NCBI GenBank assembly: GCA_913048495.1
Contig: CAJWWA010000001.1
Coordinates: 1 to 48,833 of the forward strand
Length of the DNA: 48,833 bases
Reading direction: 5' to 3'
From: an uncultured Halieaceae bacterium
Lineage (GTDB): Bacteria > Pseudomonadota > Gammaproteobacteria > Pseudomonadales > Halieaceae
The position numbers and the translations under genes are program-made. This document shows, piece after piece, positions 20,110 to 28,055 of the stretch. The notes below the pieces were generated by a model that saw only the letters and a list, made by a program, of their open reading frames with translations, was not told the origin of the DNA and ran no database searches. Each line of letters opens with the position of its first letter. Position 1 is the stretch's first letter.

Positions 20110-21036
20110 TCAGGTCACGACGCCGAGGAAGCGGTCGTTGAGCTGACGGTCGTGGTAGAAGATCGCTTTGCCCAGCTGCGCCGCGTCCCAGGTCACCACC
20201 GGGTGGTCCGGGTAGGTGTAGTCGCCCCCCGCGAACACCTCGTTGCGGTTCCCCGACGGGTCGAAGAAGTAGATCGTCTGCCCGTGCGTCAGCCCGTGCC
20301 GCGTCGGCCCGATGTCCAGCGCGATGTCGTGCATGGAGATCAGGTCCGCCGCCCGCAGCACGTCTTCCCAGGTGCTCAGGTAGAACGACGCGTGGTGGAA
20401 CTTGCCCTTCTCCTCGTGCCGCACGAAGGCCACGTCGTGCGCCTTCATCGACACGGTCAGGAACGCCGCCACCCGCAGGTCCGCCTCCTGGTCCACCACC
20501 TGCTCTGCCAGCTGGAAGCCGAGCACGTTCTGCAGCAGGTCCACGGTACCGTCGATGTCGTCGCCGTAGAGCAGGCAGTGGTCGAAGCGCGTCGCCTTCA
20601 TGCCCTTCAGGTCTTCCGGCCAGGCGTCGGGGTTGCGCTCGCCCACGCCCCACTTGCCGGTCTGCTCCTTCTCCGCGAACAGCTCGAACCAGTGGCCCGT
20701 CGGTGAATCGAAGCGCACTCGCTCGCCGCAGCCGTCCAGCTCACCGGCGGGGATCGTCTCCACCTGGCAGCCGTGGGCGATAAGGTCCTGCTTGCGCGCC
20801 GCCAGCGTCGCCGCGTCCATCACCTTGAAGCCCATGAAGTCCATGCCCGGCTCGTCCGCCTCGCGCAGCACCACAGAGAACGCATCGACTTCCGTCCAGC
20901 CCTTGAAGTAGTTCCGGCCCTGGCTGTCGGTGTGCGTGTGGATGAGACCGAGACGGTCGCGGTAATGGCTTACCGCGGCTTCCATGTCCAGCACGCGGAT
21001 CTGTACGTGCCCCGGACGCATGACGCCTTTCTGCAT
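20110..21036 (-). CDS. xylE: Catechol 2,3-dioxygenase, copy heading the lower operon
   Basis: [61 protein letters not shown]. Confidence 0.96.
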   Translation of the reverse strand: MQKGVMRPGHVQIRVLDMEAAVSHYRDRLGLIHTHTDSQGRNYFKGWTEVDAFSVVLREADEPGMDFMGFKVMDAATLAARKQDLIAHGCQVETIPAGELDGCGERVRFDSPTGHWFELFAEKEQTGKWGVGERNPDAWPEDLKGMKATRFDHCLLYGDDIDGTVDLLQNVLGFQLAEQVVDQEADLRVAAFLTVSMKAHDVAFVRHEEKGKFHHASFYLSTWEDVLRAADLISMHDIALDIGPTRHGLTHGQTIYFFDPSGNRNEVFAGGDYTYPDHPVVTWDAAQLGKAIFYHDRQLNDRFLGVVT

Positions 21037-21089
21037 GAGCGGTTCCTTGCGGTCGTTGTTAGCGTTATCGGCATCGCTGCCTGAACTTA

Positions 21090-21118
21090 ACCTTAGGACC
21101 CACTTTCGATGATTGCAA
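21090..21118 (-). promoter_or_regulatory. Candidate sigma70 promoter for the lower meta operon
   Basis: Minus strand TTGCAA-17 nt-TAAGGT, about 55 nt upstream of the C23O ATG. Confidence 0.55.
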
Positions 21119-21119
21119 G

Positions 21120-21135
21120 AAATATCGAGATTTTT
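21120..21135. promoter_or_regulatory. Candidate GntR operator
   Basis: AAATATC-GA-GATTTTT; one mismatch from the palindrome at 27938-27953; abuts the predicted -35. Confidence 0.6.
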
Positions 21136-21247
21136 TTGTTAGCGCCAGCTATTGGTCACTTAACAGCAAAATATATAGAGATTATGGTATTTTGTGCCGG
21201 GGGCACCTAAGCTAGGATTTGAAACTTTCTCCCACGGGAACTCCTCG

Positions 21248-21919
21248 ATGACGACAAACCAGGCCTCCACGCTCACCGACGCCGCTTACCAGCGCCTGCG
21301 CGAGGACATTGTCCACGGGCAGTTCAAGCCGGGAGAAAAGCTGCGGGTGGAGCACCTGAAACGCAGCTACGAGGTAGGGGCGACGCCGCTACGGGAAGCG
21401 CTTTACCGCCTCAGCGCCGACGGCTTCGTTTCGGTAAAGGGTCAACGGGGCTTCCGCGTTACCGATATGTCCCTGGGGGAGCTCGAGGAAATTACGGACC
21501 TGCGGGTCGTCATCGAAGGCATGGCGCTGAAGCGCAGCGTGGAGAACAGCAACGAAGCCTGGGAATCGGCGGTGGTCGCCGCCTTTCACCACCTCACCAA
21601 GGCAGAGAACATGCCCGAGCCGGACATCCAGAAATGGGAGGCGCGGAACCGGGAGTTCCATCTTGCGCTGATTTCCTGCTGCGATTCGCCCTGGCTGATG
21701 CGCTTCTACGAGATCCTCTACGACCAGCACAAGCGCTACCGCAATGTCGCCCGCATCGACAAGGATGCCCGGCGCGACGTTCACGCCGAGCACGAGGCCA
21801 TTTACGAAGCGGCCATTGCGAAGGACGCCGCGGCCCTCTGCGCGGCCAACGAGATCCATATCCGGCGCACGGCCGAGATCACCGGCAAGATCATCGGGGA
21901 AATCCACGCGCAGGACTGA
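21248..21919 (+). CDS. GntR/FadR (FCD) family transcriptional regulator, AphS/PhcS-like
   Basis: AYQRLREDIVHGQFKPGEKL...TPLREALYRL winged HTH, QRGFRV; FCD domain NREFHLAL...EHEAI. ATG at 21248 chosen over GTG 21194. Confidence 0.9.
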   Translation: MTTNQASTLTDAAYQRLREDIVHGQFKPGEKLRVEHLKRSYEVGATPLREALYRLSADGFVSVKGQRGFRVTDMSLGELEEITDLRVVIEGMALKRSVENSNEAWESAVVAAFHHLTKAENMPEPDIQKWEARNREFHLALISCCDSPWLMRFYEILYDQHKRYRNVARIDKDARRDVHAEHEAIYEAAIAKDAAALCAANEIHIRRTAEITGKIIGEIHAQD

Positions 21920-21922
21920 GGC

Positions 21923-21946
21923 GCGGGCGCCCCGCGGGGCGCCCGC
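21923..21946. terminator. Hairpin between convergent gntR and C23O (possible bidirectional terminator)
   Basis: Perfect 24-bp palindrome GCGGGCGCCCCGCGGGGCGCCCGC, flanked by CAGGAC/GTCCTG; no U-tract. Confidence 0.55.
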
Positions 21947-21958
21947 AGGGTCCTGCTG

Positions 21959-22885
21959 CTAGGTCACGACGCCAAGGAAGCGGTCGTTGAGCTGGCGGTC
22001 GTGGTAGAAGATCGCCTTGCCCAGCTGCGCCGCGTCCCAGGTCACCACCGGGTGGTCCGGGTAGGTGTAGTCGCCCCCCGCGAACACCTCGTTGCGGTTC
22101 CCCGACGGGTCGAAGAAGTAGATCGTCTGCCCGTGCGTCAGCCCGTGCCGCGTCGGCCCGATGTCCAGCGCGATGTCGTGCATGGAGATCAGGTCCGCCG
22201 CCCGCAGCACGTCTTCCCAGGTGCTCAGGTAGAACGACGCGTGGTGGAACTTGCCCTTCTCCTCGTGCCGCACGAAGGCCACGTCGTGCGCCTTCATCGA
22301 CACGGTCAGGAACGCCGCCACCCGCAGGTCCGCCTCCTGGTCCACCACCTGCTCTGCCAGCTGGAAGCCGAGCACGTTCTGCAGCAGGTCCACGGTACCG
22401 TCGATGTCGTCGCCGTAGAGCAGGCAGTGGTCGAAGCGCGTCGCCTTCATGCCCTTCAGGTCTTCCGGCCAGGCGTCGGGGTTGCGCTCGCCCACGCCCC
22501 ACTTGCCGGTCTGCTCCTTCTCCGCGAACAGCTCGAACCAGTGGCCCGTCGGTGAATCGAAGCGCACTCGCTCGCCGCAGCCGTCCAGCTCACCGGCGGG
22601 GATCGTCTCCACCTGGCAGCCGTGGGCGATAAGGTCCTGCTTGCGCGCCGCCAGCGTCGCCGCGTCCATCACCTTGAAGCCCATGAAGTCCATGCCCGGC
22701 TCGTCCGCCTCGCGCAGCACCACAGAGAACGCATCGACTTCCGTCCAGCCCTTGAAGTAGTTCCGGCCCTGGCTGTCGGTGTGCGTGTGGATGAGACCGA
22801 GACGGTCGCGGTAATGGCTTACCGCCGCTTCCATGTCCAGCACGCGGATCTGCACGTGCCCCGGACGCATGACGCCTTTCTGCAT
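21959..22885 (-). CDS. xylE: Catechol 2,3-dioxygenase, copy ending the upper operon
   Basis: Same protein sequence as 20110-21036; directly follows the ferredoxin, as dmpB follows dmpQ. Confidence 0.96.
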   Translation of the reverse strand: MQKGVMRPGHVQIRVLDMEAAVSHYRDRLGLIHTHTDSQGRNYFKGWTEVDAFSVVLREADEPGMDFMGFKVMDAATLAARKQDLIAHGCQVETIPAGELDGCGERVRFDSPTGHWFELFAEKEQTGKWGVGERNPDAWPEDLKGMKATRFDHCLLYGDDIDGTVDLLQNVLGFQLAEQVVDQEADLRVAAFLTVSMKAHDVAFVRHEEKGKFHHASFYLSTWEDVLRAADLISMHDIALDIGPTRHGLTHGQTIYFFDPSGNRNEVFAGGDYTYPDHPVVTWDAAQLGKAIFYHDRQLNDRFLGVVT

Positions 22886-22889
22886 GGGT

Positions 22890-23243
22890 TTATCCCCCTT
22901 GTTGTTTCGCTATGGTGGAAGAGCGGGTGATCGGGTTGGCCGCGGACAGGTCCACCTCGATCTCCAGGTCGCTCTCGGGAAAGACACGGCAGGCGAGGAC
23001 CGTACCGGCTTCCTCGTCCGCCTCGCTGATGTGCTTGCGGCTCATGCGCCCGGTGTGGAACTGCCCGGCGCGCACGTGGATGCGGCAAACCCCGCAGCCG
23101 CCACCGCGGCAGCCGACGGGAATGGCCGCCAGCAGGTCGGGCGCGACACCGACCCGCTGCAGTGCCTGCAGGAGGTTCTCTTCCGCCCCGCAGGAAAACG
23201 CCAGCCCCCCGGGCGCAAGCGTGATCCTGTGGCCGGTGTTCAC
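22890..23243 (-). CDS. dmpQ: XylT/DmpQ-type [2Fe-2S] ferredoxin (C23O reactivase)
   Basis: [32 protein letters not shown]. Confidence 0.9.
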   Translation of the reverse strand: MNTGHRITLAPGGLAFSCGAEENLLQALQRVGVAPDLLAAIPVGCRGGGCGVCRIHVRAGQFHTGRMSRKHISEADEEAGTVLACRVFPESDLEIEVDLSAANPITRSSTIAKQQGG

Positions 23244-23246
23244 TGG

Positions 23247-24305
23247 CTAGATCCGCTTGAACAGCGCACTGCGGGTGCCGCCCTCGGCCCCGTCGGCGGC
23301 CGTCAGGAAGCGCTCCATGTAGATATCACGCTCGAAGAGCCGGCCGCGCATCAGCGCCGTGATCGCCGCATCGATCATTGGCGGCGGGCCGCAGAGATAG
23401 GCCTTGTGGCCGCCGAACTGGCCGTCGAAGTGGGCAATCGCTGCTTCGTGCACATAGCCGGTGAACCCCTCCCAGCCGGAGCCCTCCTCCGGGGCATCCA
23501 GCGCAGGCACGTAGTTGAAGTTCTCGTGCTCGGCGGCCAGCGCCTCGAACAGTTCCCGGTTGTAGAGCTCAGCCAGGTTGCGCGCCCCCTGGAACAGCGT
23601 GATCTTTCGCGTATCGCCGTGCTCGAGGAGGTCGAGCACCATGGATTGGGGGCTCGACAGGCCGGAGCCGCCGGCGATGAAGATCAGGTCCTCGCTCGCC
23701 GACTTGCGCACGAAGAACTGGCCGTAGGGGCCGGACAGCGGCACCGTCTGGCCTTCCGCCAGCTGCTCGTGGATGTAAGTCGTCGCCGCACCGCCCGGGA
23801 CGTGGCGCACATGCAGTTCCACCACGTCGTTCTCCGAGGGCTTGTTGGCGATGGAGAAGGCGCGGGCACCCTCGACGCCGGGAAGCTGCAGATTGATGTA
23901 CTGACCGGCCTGGAAGGCCATGGGTCGATCCAGCCGCAGGCGCAAGCCCTTGATAGTCGGCGAGAGATCGGTGATGGACTCCACCGTCGCCTCGTAGTCC
24001 TCCACCGGGTAGCCGAGGAAATCCGGGTCGACATCGATATCCGCCTCGATGACCAGGTCGCTCTGCGGCAGGGCACAGCAGGCGAGCACCTTGCCTTCCT
24101 CGCGCTCCACGTCCATTAGGGCGAAGGGCGATGCGTCCCCCGGGTCGGCCTCTCCCTCGAGAATCTGAACCTTGCAGGTTCCGCAGGTGCCGTGGCCGCA
24201 GGCGAAGGGCAGCCAGACGCCCTGGCGCAGGCTGGCATCGAGCAGGGTCTGGCCCTCCTCCACCTCAACCACGTCCCCGGTCGGCTCAATGGTCACCTCA
24301 TACAT
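23247..24305 (-). CDS. dmpP: Phenol hydroxylase reductase (P5)
   Basis: FACGHGTCGTC ferredoxin domain, RAFSIAN, GGSGLSSP, YLCGPPPM, SALFKRI. Confidence 0.95.
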   Translation of the reverse strand: MYEVTIEPTGDVVEVEEGQTLLDASLRQGVWLPFACGHGTCGTCKVQILEGEADPGDASPFALMDVEREEGKVLACCALPQSDLVIEADIDVDPDFLGYPVEDYEATVESITDLSPTIKGLRLRLDRPMAFQAGQYINLQLPGVEGARAFSIANKPSENDVVELHVRHVPGGAATTYIHEQLAEGQTVPLSGPYGQFFVRKSASEDLIFIAGGSGLSSPQSMVLDLLEHGDTRKITLFQGARNLAELYNRELFEALAAEHENFNYVPALDAPEEGSGWEGFTGYVHEAAIAHFDGQFGGHKAYLCGPPPMIDAAITALMRGRLFERDIYMERFLTAADGAEGGTRSALFKRI

Positions 24306-24338
24306 GGCCGGTGCCTCCTGCCACGCTTGCCGCGCGCA

Positions 24339-24701
24339 TCAGCTGTGCGAACCGCCGATGCCCTCGAGGCCCGGCGTCTGCATGCGGATGATGGACTTGT
24401 GATCGACACCCTGGGCCGCAAGCGTCGCCTCCCGGTCCGGTGTGAAGGGCTCCCCGTTGAGGAGCCAGCACACCTGTTCCCAGTCGATCTTCGCGAAGTC
24501 CGGATGCTGCGCGTAGGCGCCGGCAATCATCTCATCCTGCAGCTTGCCGAAGGTGGTGTCCGGCGGCGTCGCGAAGGCGATCGGGGAACAGAACATGAGG
24601 TGCCGGTCCCAGCCCACGTAGACGACGATGTTGCCGTGGAAATTCTCCACCCGGTCGAGCCGCTCGCCGGTGTAATCCGGCGTAATTGCTGCTACTGCCA
24701 T
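24339..24701 (-). CDS. dmpO: Phenol hydroxylase gamma subunit (P4)
   Basis: DRVENFHG, YVGWDRHLMFCSP, HPDFAKIDW, HKS...TPGLEGI. Confidence 0.93.
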   Translation of the reverse strand: MAVAAITPDYTGERLDRVENFHGNIVVYVGWDRHLMFCSPIAFATPPDTTFGKLQDEMIAGAYAQHPDFAKIDWEQVCWLLNGEPFTPDREATLAAQGVDHKSIIRMQTPGLEGIGGSHS

Positions 24702-24724
24702 GGTCTCTTACTCCTTGTTAACTG

Positions 24725-26257
24725 CTAGCCGGCCTTCTTCAGCCGCTCTTCGGCGGACTCGAGGTTGTGCCACGCGTTCCAGCGCGCCTCGTCGGGTGAG
24801 CCGTGGAAGTCGAGATTGTCCTTGCCCATGTTGATCCGGTAGTATTCGCTGAGAACCTTCTCGATATCGGCGCCACCGCAGTTGCCCTGGTAGATCTGGT
24901 GCACCGGCAGCCAGGACTGCACGTACTTCTCCGGCTCGTGGTCGAAGATGTCCTTGCAGCCATCGGAGCAGAAGTTGTAGCGCTCGCCCTGGTAGACAGA
25001 CTGGCGGTAGGCGATGAGCGACGGGTCGTCCATTTCCGTGAAGCCCATGGGAATCTGGCAGGTGTTGCAGAGCATGGGCAGCGTGGGGTTGTAGAAACGC
25101 TCACCGGCCTGCTCCTTTTCGCGCCAGTGCTCAAAGCGCGGACGGTAGTACTTGTCAAAGGTGTCCGGGTATTTCTCCGACAGCCAGTCCATTTCCTTCT
25201 CGTCCGGCATCCAGGTGTGGAACGCGGCGGCGTGGCCGTAGTTGTAGAAAGTGCTCCAGGTCTGGTGCGAGATATGGTCCTTCTCGGCGATCGCGGTGGC
25301 CGCGTATTTCGGCATCTCGATCCCGTAGCGGGCCAGGTCCTTGAACAGGGCGCCGCCGGCCTCCTCGAAGTACACCTCCCAGGCCTCCTTCCAGGACATG
25401 ACCCGGTTCGGCAGCATGTAGTCCATCATCATGGCAACGATGGCCAGCAGGCGGGTGCCGCGCCAGAACCACTTGTCGATCCAGCGCTGGACGATGGGGA
25501 CGTTGTCCGGGTGCTGCTCGAGGAGGAACTTGATCACTTCCAGCCCGAGCGTCATGTGCCGGGCCTCGTCGGACTGCGCGGAGAAGCCGAAGGTCACCGT
25601 GGCCATGTCGCCGTTGTAGGCGGCACCGGACATGAAGGGCACGAAGAGCAGGTTGGTCAGCACGTACTCGAAGGAGAAGCTGATCGCCACCATGAACTCG
25701 AAGGGCCCGGCGCTGCGCGCATCGTCAAAGAAGGACTTCGGCACCGACAGGTACCACACCCGGTCGTGCATGTGGGAGAAGTCCTGGAAGCCGTCGAAGA
25801 ACTTATTGTAGTGGCTCATCGCGTGCACCTGCGTCTGCACGTGCCGCAGTTCATCGATCGACTGCATCTGGCAGGCCGTGCGGGCACCGACGCCGCTGAA
25901 CTGGCGCCCGACGTGCGCATAGCCCGAGTAGGCCTGGTATTCGAGCGGCGAGACGCCGGTGAGGAAGACCTTGATCGCGTTGATATAGCGGGCGTCCGTC
26001 ACGTTCTGCTGGCCGTTGTTCTGGGCGAAGGCGTCGAAGATCGCATAGAGCTTCTTTTCCTTCTCGGCCTGGTACTTCCAGTAGGCATCCATGGTCAGGC
26101 GGAAGGGATCCTCCCACTTGCTCCAGTCGGTAATCTTGATGCCCTCGAAATCCTCGTAGGGGAAAATTTCCTTCTTGTCGCGGTAGCTGTATTCCCAGTC
26201 GAGATCCCGGGTCAGCAGGCTGTAGCGCTCCTTGAGGTTCAGTTTTCTTGCGGCCAT
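24725..26257 (-). CDS. dmpN: Phenol hydroxylase alpha (diiron) subunit (P3)
   Basis: WEDPFRLTMDAYWKYQ; two DExRH motifs (SIDELRH, SDEARH); YHS-like FCSDGC. Confidence 0.97.
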   Translation of the reverse strand: MAARKLNLKERYSLLTRDLDWEYSYRDKKEIFPYEDFEGIKITDWSKWEDPFRLTMDAYWKYQAEKEKKLYAIFDAFAQNNGQQNVTDARYINAIKVFLTGVSPLEYQAYSGYAHVGRQFSGVGARTACQMQSIDELRHVQTQVHAMSHYNKFFDGFQDFSHMHDRVWYLSVPKSFFDDARSAGPFEFMVAISFSFEYVLTNLLFVPFMSGAAYNGDMATVTFGFSAQSDEARHMTLGLEVIKFLLEQHPDNVPIVQRWIDKWFWRGTRLLAIVAMMMDYMLPNRVMSWKEAWEVYFEEAGGALFKDLARYGIEMPKYAATAIAEKDHISHQTWSTFYNYGHAAAFHTWMPDEKEMDWLSEKYPDTFDKYYRPRFEHWREKEQAGERFYNPTLPMLCNTCQIPMGFTEMDDPSLIAYRQSVYQGERYNFCSDGCKDIFDHEPEKYVQSWLPVHQIYQGNCGGADIEKVLSEYYRINMGKDNLDFHGSPDEARWNAWHNLESAEERLKKAG

Positions 26258-26279
26258 GTCAGTCGCTCCGTGTTATCTC

Positions 26280-26546
26280 TCAGTTCCAGCTCAGGGTGAA
26301 TTCGTCGTCGGTTTCATCGACATTGCCGCCGATGGTGACCAGGTTCACGTGCAGGGACTGCAGGTCCCAGTCGCGGCCCATTTTTTCCTCGACGGTTTCC
26401 CGCTTGAGCACGAGCCGATCCTCGTTCTCGATGCGGATCATCGCCGGTTGGTAGTCGACGGTGACATCGGGGTTGTCCTCTTCCAGCGCCTCCACGAGGT
26501 AGTGGGCCTCCTCGTTGTCCTGCAGTGCCATGTAGACTTTTGACAT
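26280..26546 (-). CDS. dmpM: Phenol hydroxylase regulatory (effector) protein (P2)
   Basis: Start reassigned to MSKVYMALQ after a GGAG RBS; DNPD...QPAMIRI, GRDWDLQ, GNVDETDDEFTLSW. Confidence 0.92.
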   Translation of the reverse strand: MSKVYMALQDNEEAHYLVEALEEDNPDVTVDYQPAMIRIENEDRLVLKRETVEEKMGRDWDLQSLHVNLVTIGGNVDETDDEFTLSWN

Positions 26547-26559
26547 CGTCTTTACTCCC

Positions 26560-27540
26560 TTAGAGGCCGGCCTTGGCCAGGCGCTTGTTGAGGACTTCCG
26601 CGCTTGCGTTGATCGCGTCGGGGCCGACGGCCTCCGCCGCCAGCGGACCGAGGGCGGCAAGGGCCTGCTGCTTCCAGTCAGCCACCCACGCAGCGATCTG
26701 TTCGCGGTTGGCATCGGATTCGGCGACCGCGGTCTTGATGACCGAGTCCACCCAGCGCGAGGTCTCTTTGTGCCACTCCTGCATGAACTCGATGAGCATG
26801 GCGAGGTCGCCGGCACCGGCATCGGTCATGGCGTCATCGAACTGGCGGTAGAAGATGTCATAGACGAGCGTATCGAGAACGACGTCCTGGGCGACGAAGA
26901 CCTCGAACCAGTCCTTCTGGGCGAGTACGTCCTCGACATAGCGACGCAGGTCCTGCCAGAGCGGGTCTTCCATCCAGCTGGTCTTGGCCGCTTTCAGCGT
27001 GTCGCCGCTGTTGCCGTCCAGGATGAGGCCGATGCGCGAGAGGTACTGTGCGATGCCCAACCGGTCCATGCCGTTGTAGAGGAAGGCCTGGGTCAGCACC
27101 GTGCCGATGCCGTAGGCGGAGCCGAAGACGTTGTTCATGTTCGCGCCCATCTCCAGGTGCCGCAGGGGCAGGAGGCAGCGAACGATCTTCTCCCGGGCCG
27201 CCCCGGGCAGGCGGCTGGCGAGGTCGCGGCGGGTAAAGAAAGCGTAATTGCTTTCGGTGATCTCCTGCAGCTTCGCCCGCGCCTGCACGTAGCTGCCGTA
27301 GTAGTACTGCCGGGGATCGCGGAAGGCGTACCAGTCTTCCATGTCGATCGCGGTGCGCCCGGGATCGTAGAGCTCCCGCTCGGGGTCCCAGAGCGGACGG
27401 TAGTGGAAATTGGTGGTCGGCGCGAGATCGTAGCTGGCTTCCTGGTAACGGGAAGCCGGCTTGTCGCCGAAACGGCGCTCGATGTGCGCAAAGGTGTTGC
27501 GGATCGGCTGGATCGTCGAGGTCTTGATTTCAATGGTCAT
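26560..27540 (-). CDS. dmpL: Phenol hydroxylase beta subunit (P1)
   Basis: RRFGDKPASRYQEA, NFHYRPLWDP, DPRQYYYGSY, MDRLGIAQYLSRIGL. Confidence 0.95.
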   Translation of the reverse strand: MTIEIKTSTIQPIRNTFAHIERRFGDKPASRYQEASYDLAPTTNFHYRPLWDPERELYDPGRTAIDMEDWYAFRDPRQYYYGSYVQARAKLQEITESNYAFFTRRDLASRLPGAAREKIVRCLLPLRHLEMGANMNNVFGSAYGIGTVLTQAFLYNGMDRLGIAQYLSRIGLILDGNSGDTLKAAKTSWMEDPLWQDLRRYVEDVLAQKDWFEVFVAQDVVLDTLVYDIFYRQFDDAMTDAGAGDLAMLIEFMQEWHKETSRWVDSVIKTAVAESDANREQIAAWVADWKQQALAALGPLAAEAVGPDAINASAEVLNKRLAKAGL

Positions 27541-27587
27541 GGGACACCTGCTCGTTATGGAATGGGTTGAGCCCCGGGGCGGTTGCG

Positions 27588-27872
27588 CTACTCGTCAGCG
27601 GCCCTGCGAAGATCGCCGTAGCGCCATTTCTCCATGTCTGCGTCCACGGCCGCAGCCTCCTCCTCGGACATGAAGACGACGCCGTTGCGCTCACAGAAGA
27701 TGTCGAAGGCACCTTTCGGGAGCACCAGCTCGACGTACAGGGAGGGATCGCCGATGGCGAAATCGAACTCGATGAAGCCGCTCGCCGTCTCGCCGCGAAC
27801 ACGGACGTAGCGGGTGAGGCGCTCGAAGTTTTCGGCGGTCGGCGCCGGGCCGACGGCTTTCAACTTTGTCAT
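27588..27872 (-). CDS. dmpK: Phenol hydroxylase assembly protein (P0)
   Basis: RYVRVR...FIEFDFAIGDPSLYVELVLP..AF..FC..N, KWRYG. Confidence 0.93.
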   Translation of the reverse strand: MTKLKAVGPAPTAENFERLTRYVRVRGETASGFIEFDFAIGDPSLYVELVLPKGAFDIFCERNGVVFMSEEEAAAVDADMEKWRYGDLRRAADE

Positions 27873-27913
27873 GGTTATCTCTTTGTTAGCGATGACATTG
27901 TCATCCCCCCGGG

Positions 27914-27930
27914 TGCAGGGGCCATGCCAA
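27914..27930 (-). promoter_or_regulatory. Sigma54 (-24/-12) promoter of the dmpK operon
   Basis: Minus strand TTGGCATGGCCCCTGCA, with GG-N10-GC spacing; about 40 nt upstream of dmpK. Confidence 0.85.
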
Positions 27931-27937
27931 CAAAGCG

Positions 27938-27953
27938 AAAAATCGAGATTTTT
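27938..27953. promoter_or_regulatory. Candidate GntR operator between the UAS and the sigma54 promoter
   Basis: Perfect inverted repeat AAAAATC-GA-GATTTTT. Confidence 0.6.
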
Positions 27954-28006
27954 TAGCTAGTTATATATTTTTCGTCGCCAGCGGCGGGTCGTGGGGGGTG
28001 GCGTTT

Positions 28007-28055
28007 TTCATGAAATGGTGAACTCTCGCGGCTGCCGCATTCATGATTTCATGAA
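28007..28055. promoter_or_regulatory. Two candidate UAS for the DmpR/XylR-type activator
   Basis: TTCATGAAATGGTGAA (28007-28022) and TTCATGATTTCATGAA (28040-28055): 16-bp TTCA-N8-TGAA palindromes 33 bp apart, about 80-125 bp above the -24 box. Confidence 0.7.

Larger units (their letters stand above)
20110..22885. repeat. 927-bp direct repeat (two C23O genes, offset 1849 bp) flanking gntR
   Basis: Identical 308-aa translations. By eye the copies differ only at the stop codon and at 20125/21974, 20146/21995, 20167/22016, 20977/22826 and 21004/22853. Confidence 0.95.

Noticed and set aside
20069-20653. N-terminal extension of the dmpC ORF (681 aa), suggesting a fusion
   Set aside because: Alternative frame of the C23O gene (the same peptide appears at 21891-22502); the real start is ATG 20068.
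27951-27975. IHF site between the UAS and the sigma54 promoter
   Set aside because: AT-rich and well placed, but a poor match to WATCAANNNNTTR.
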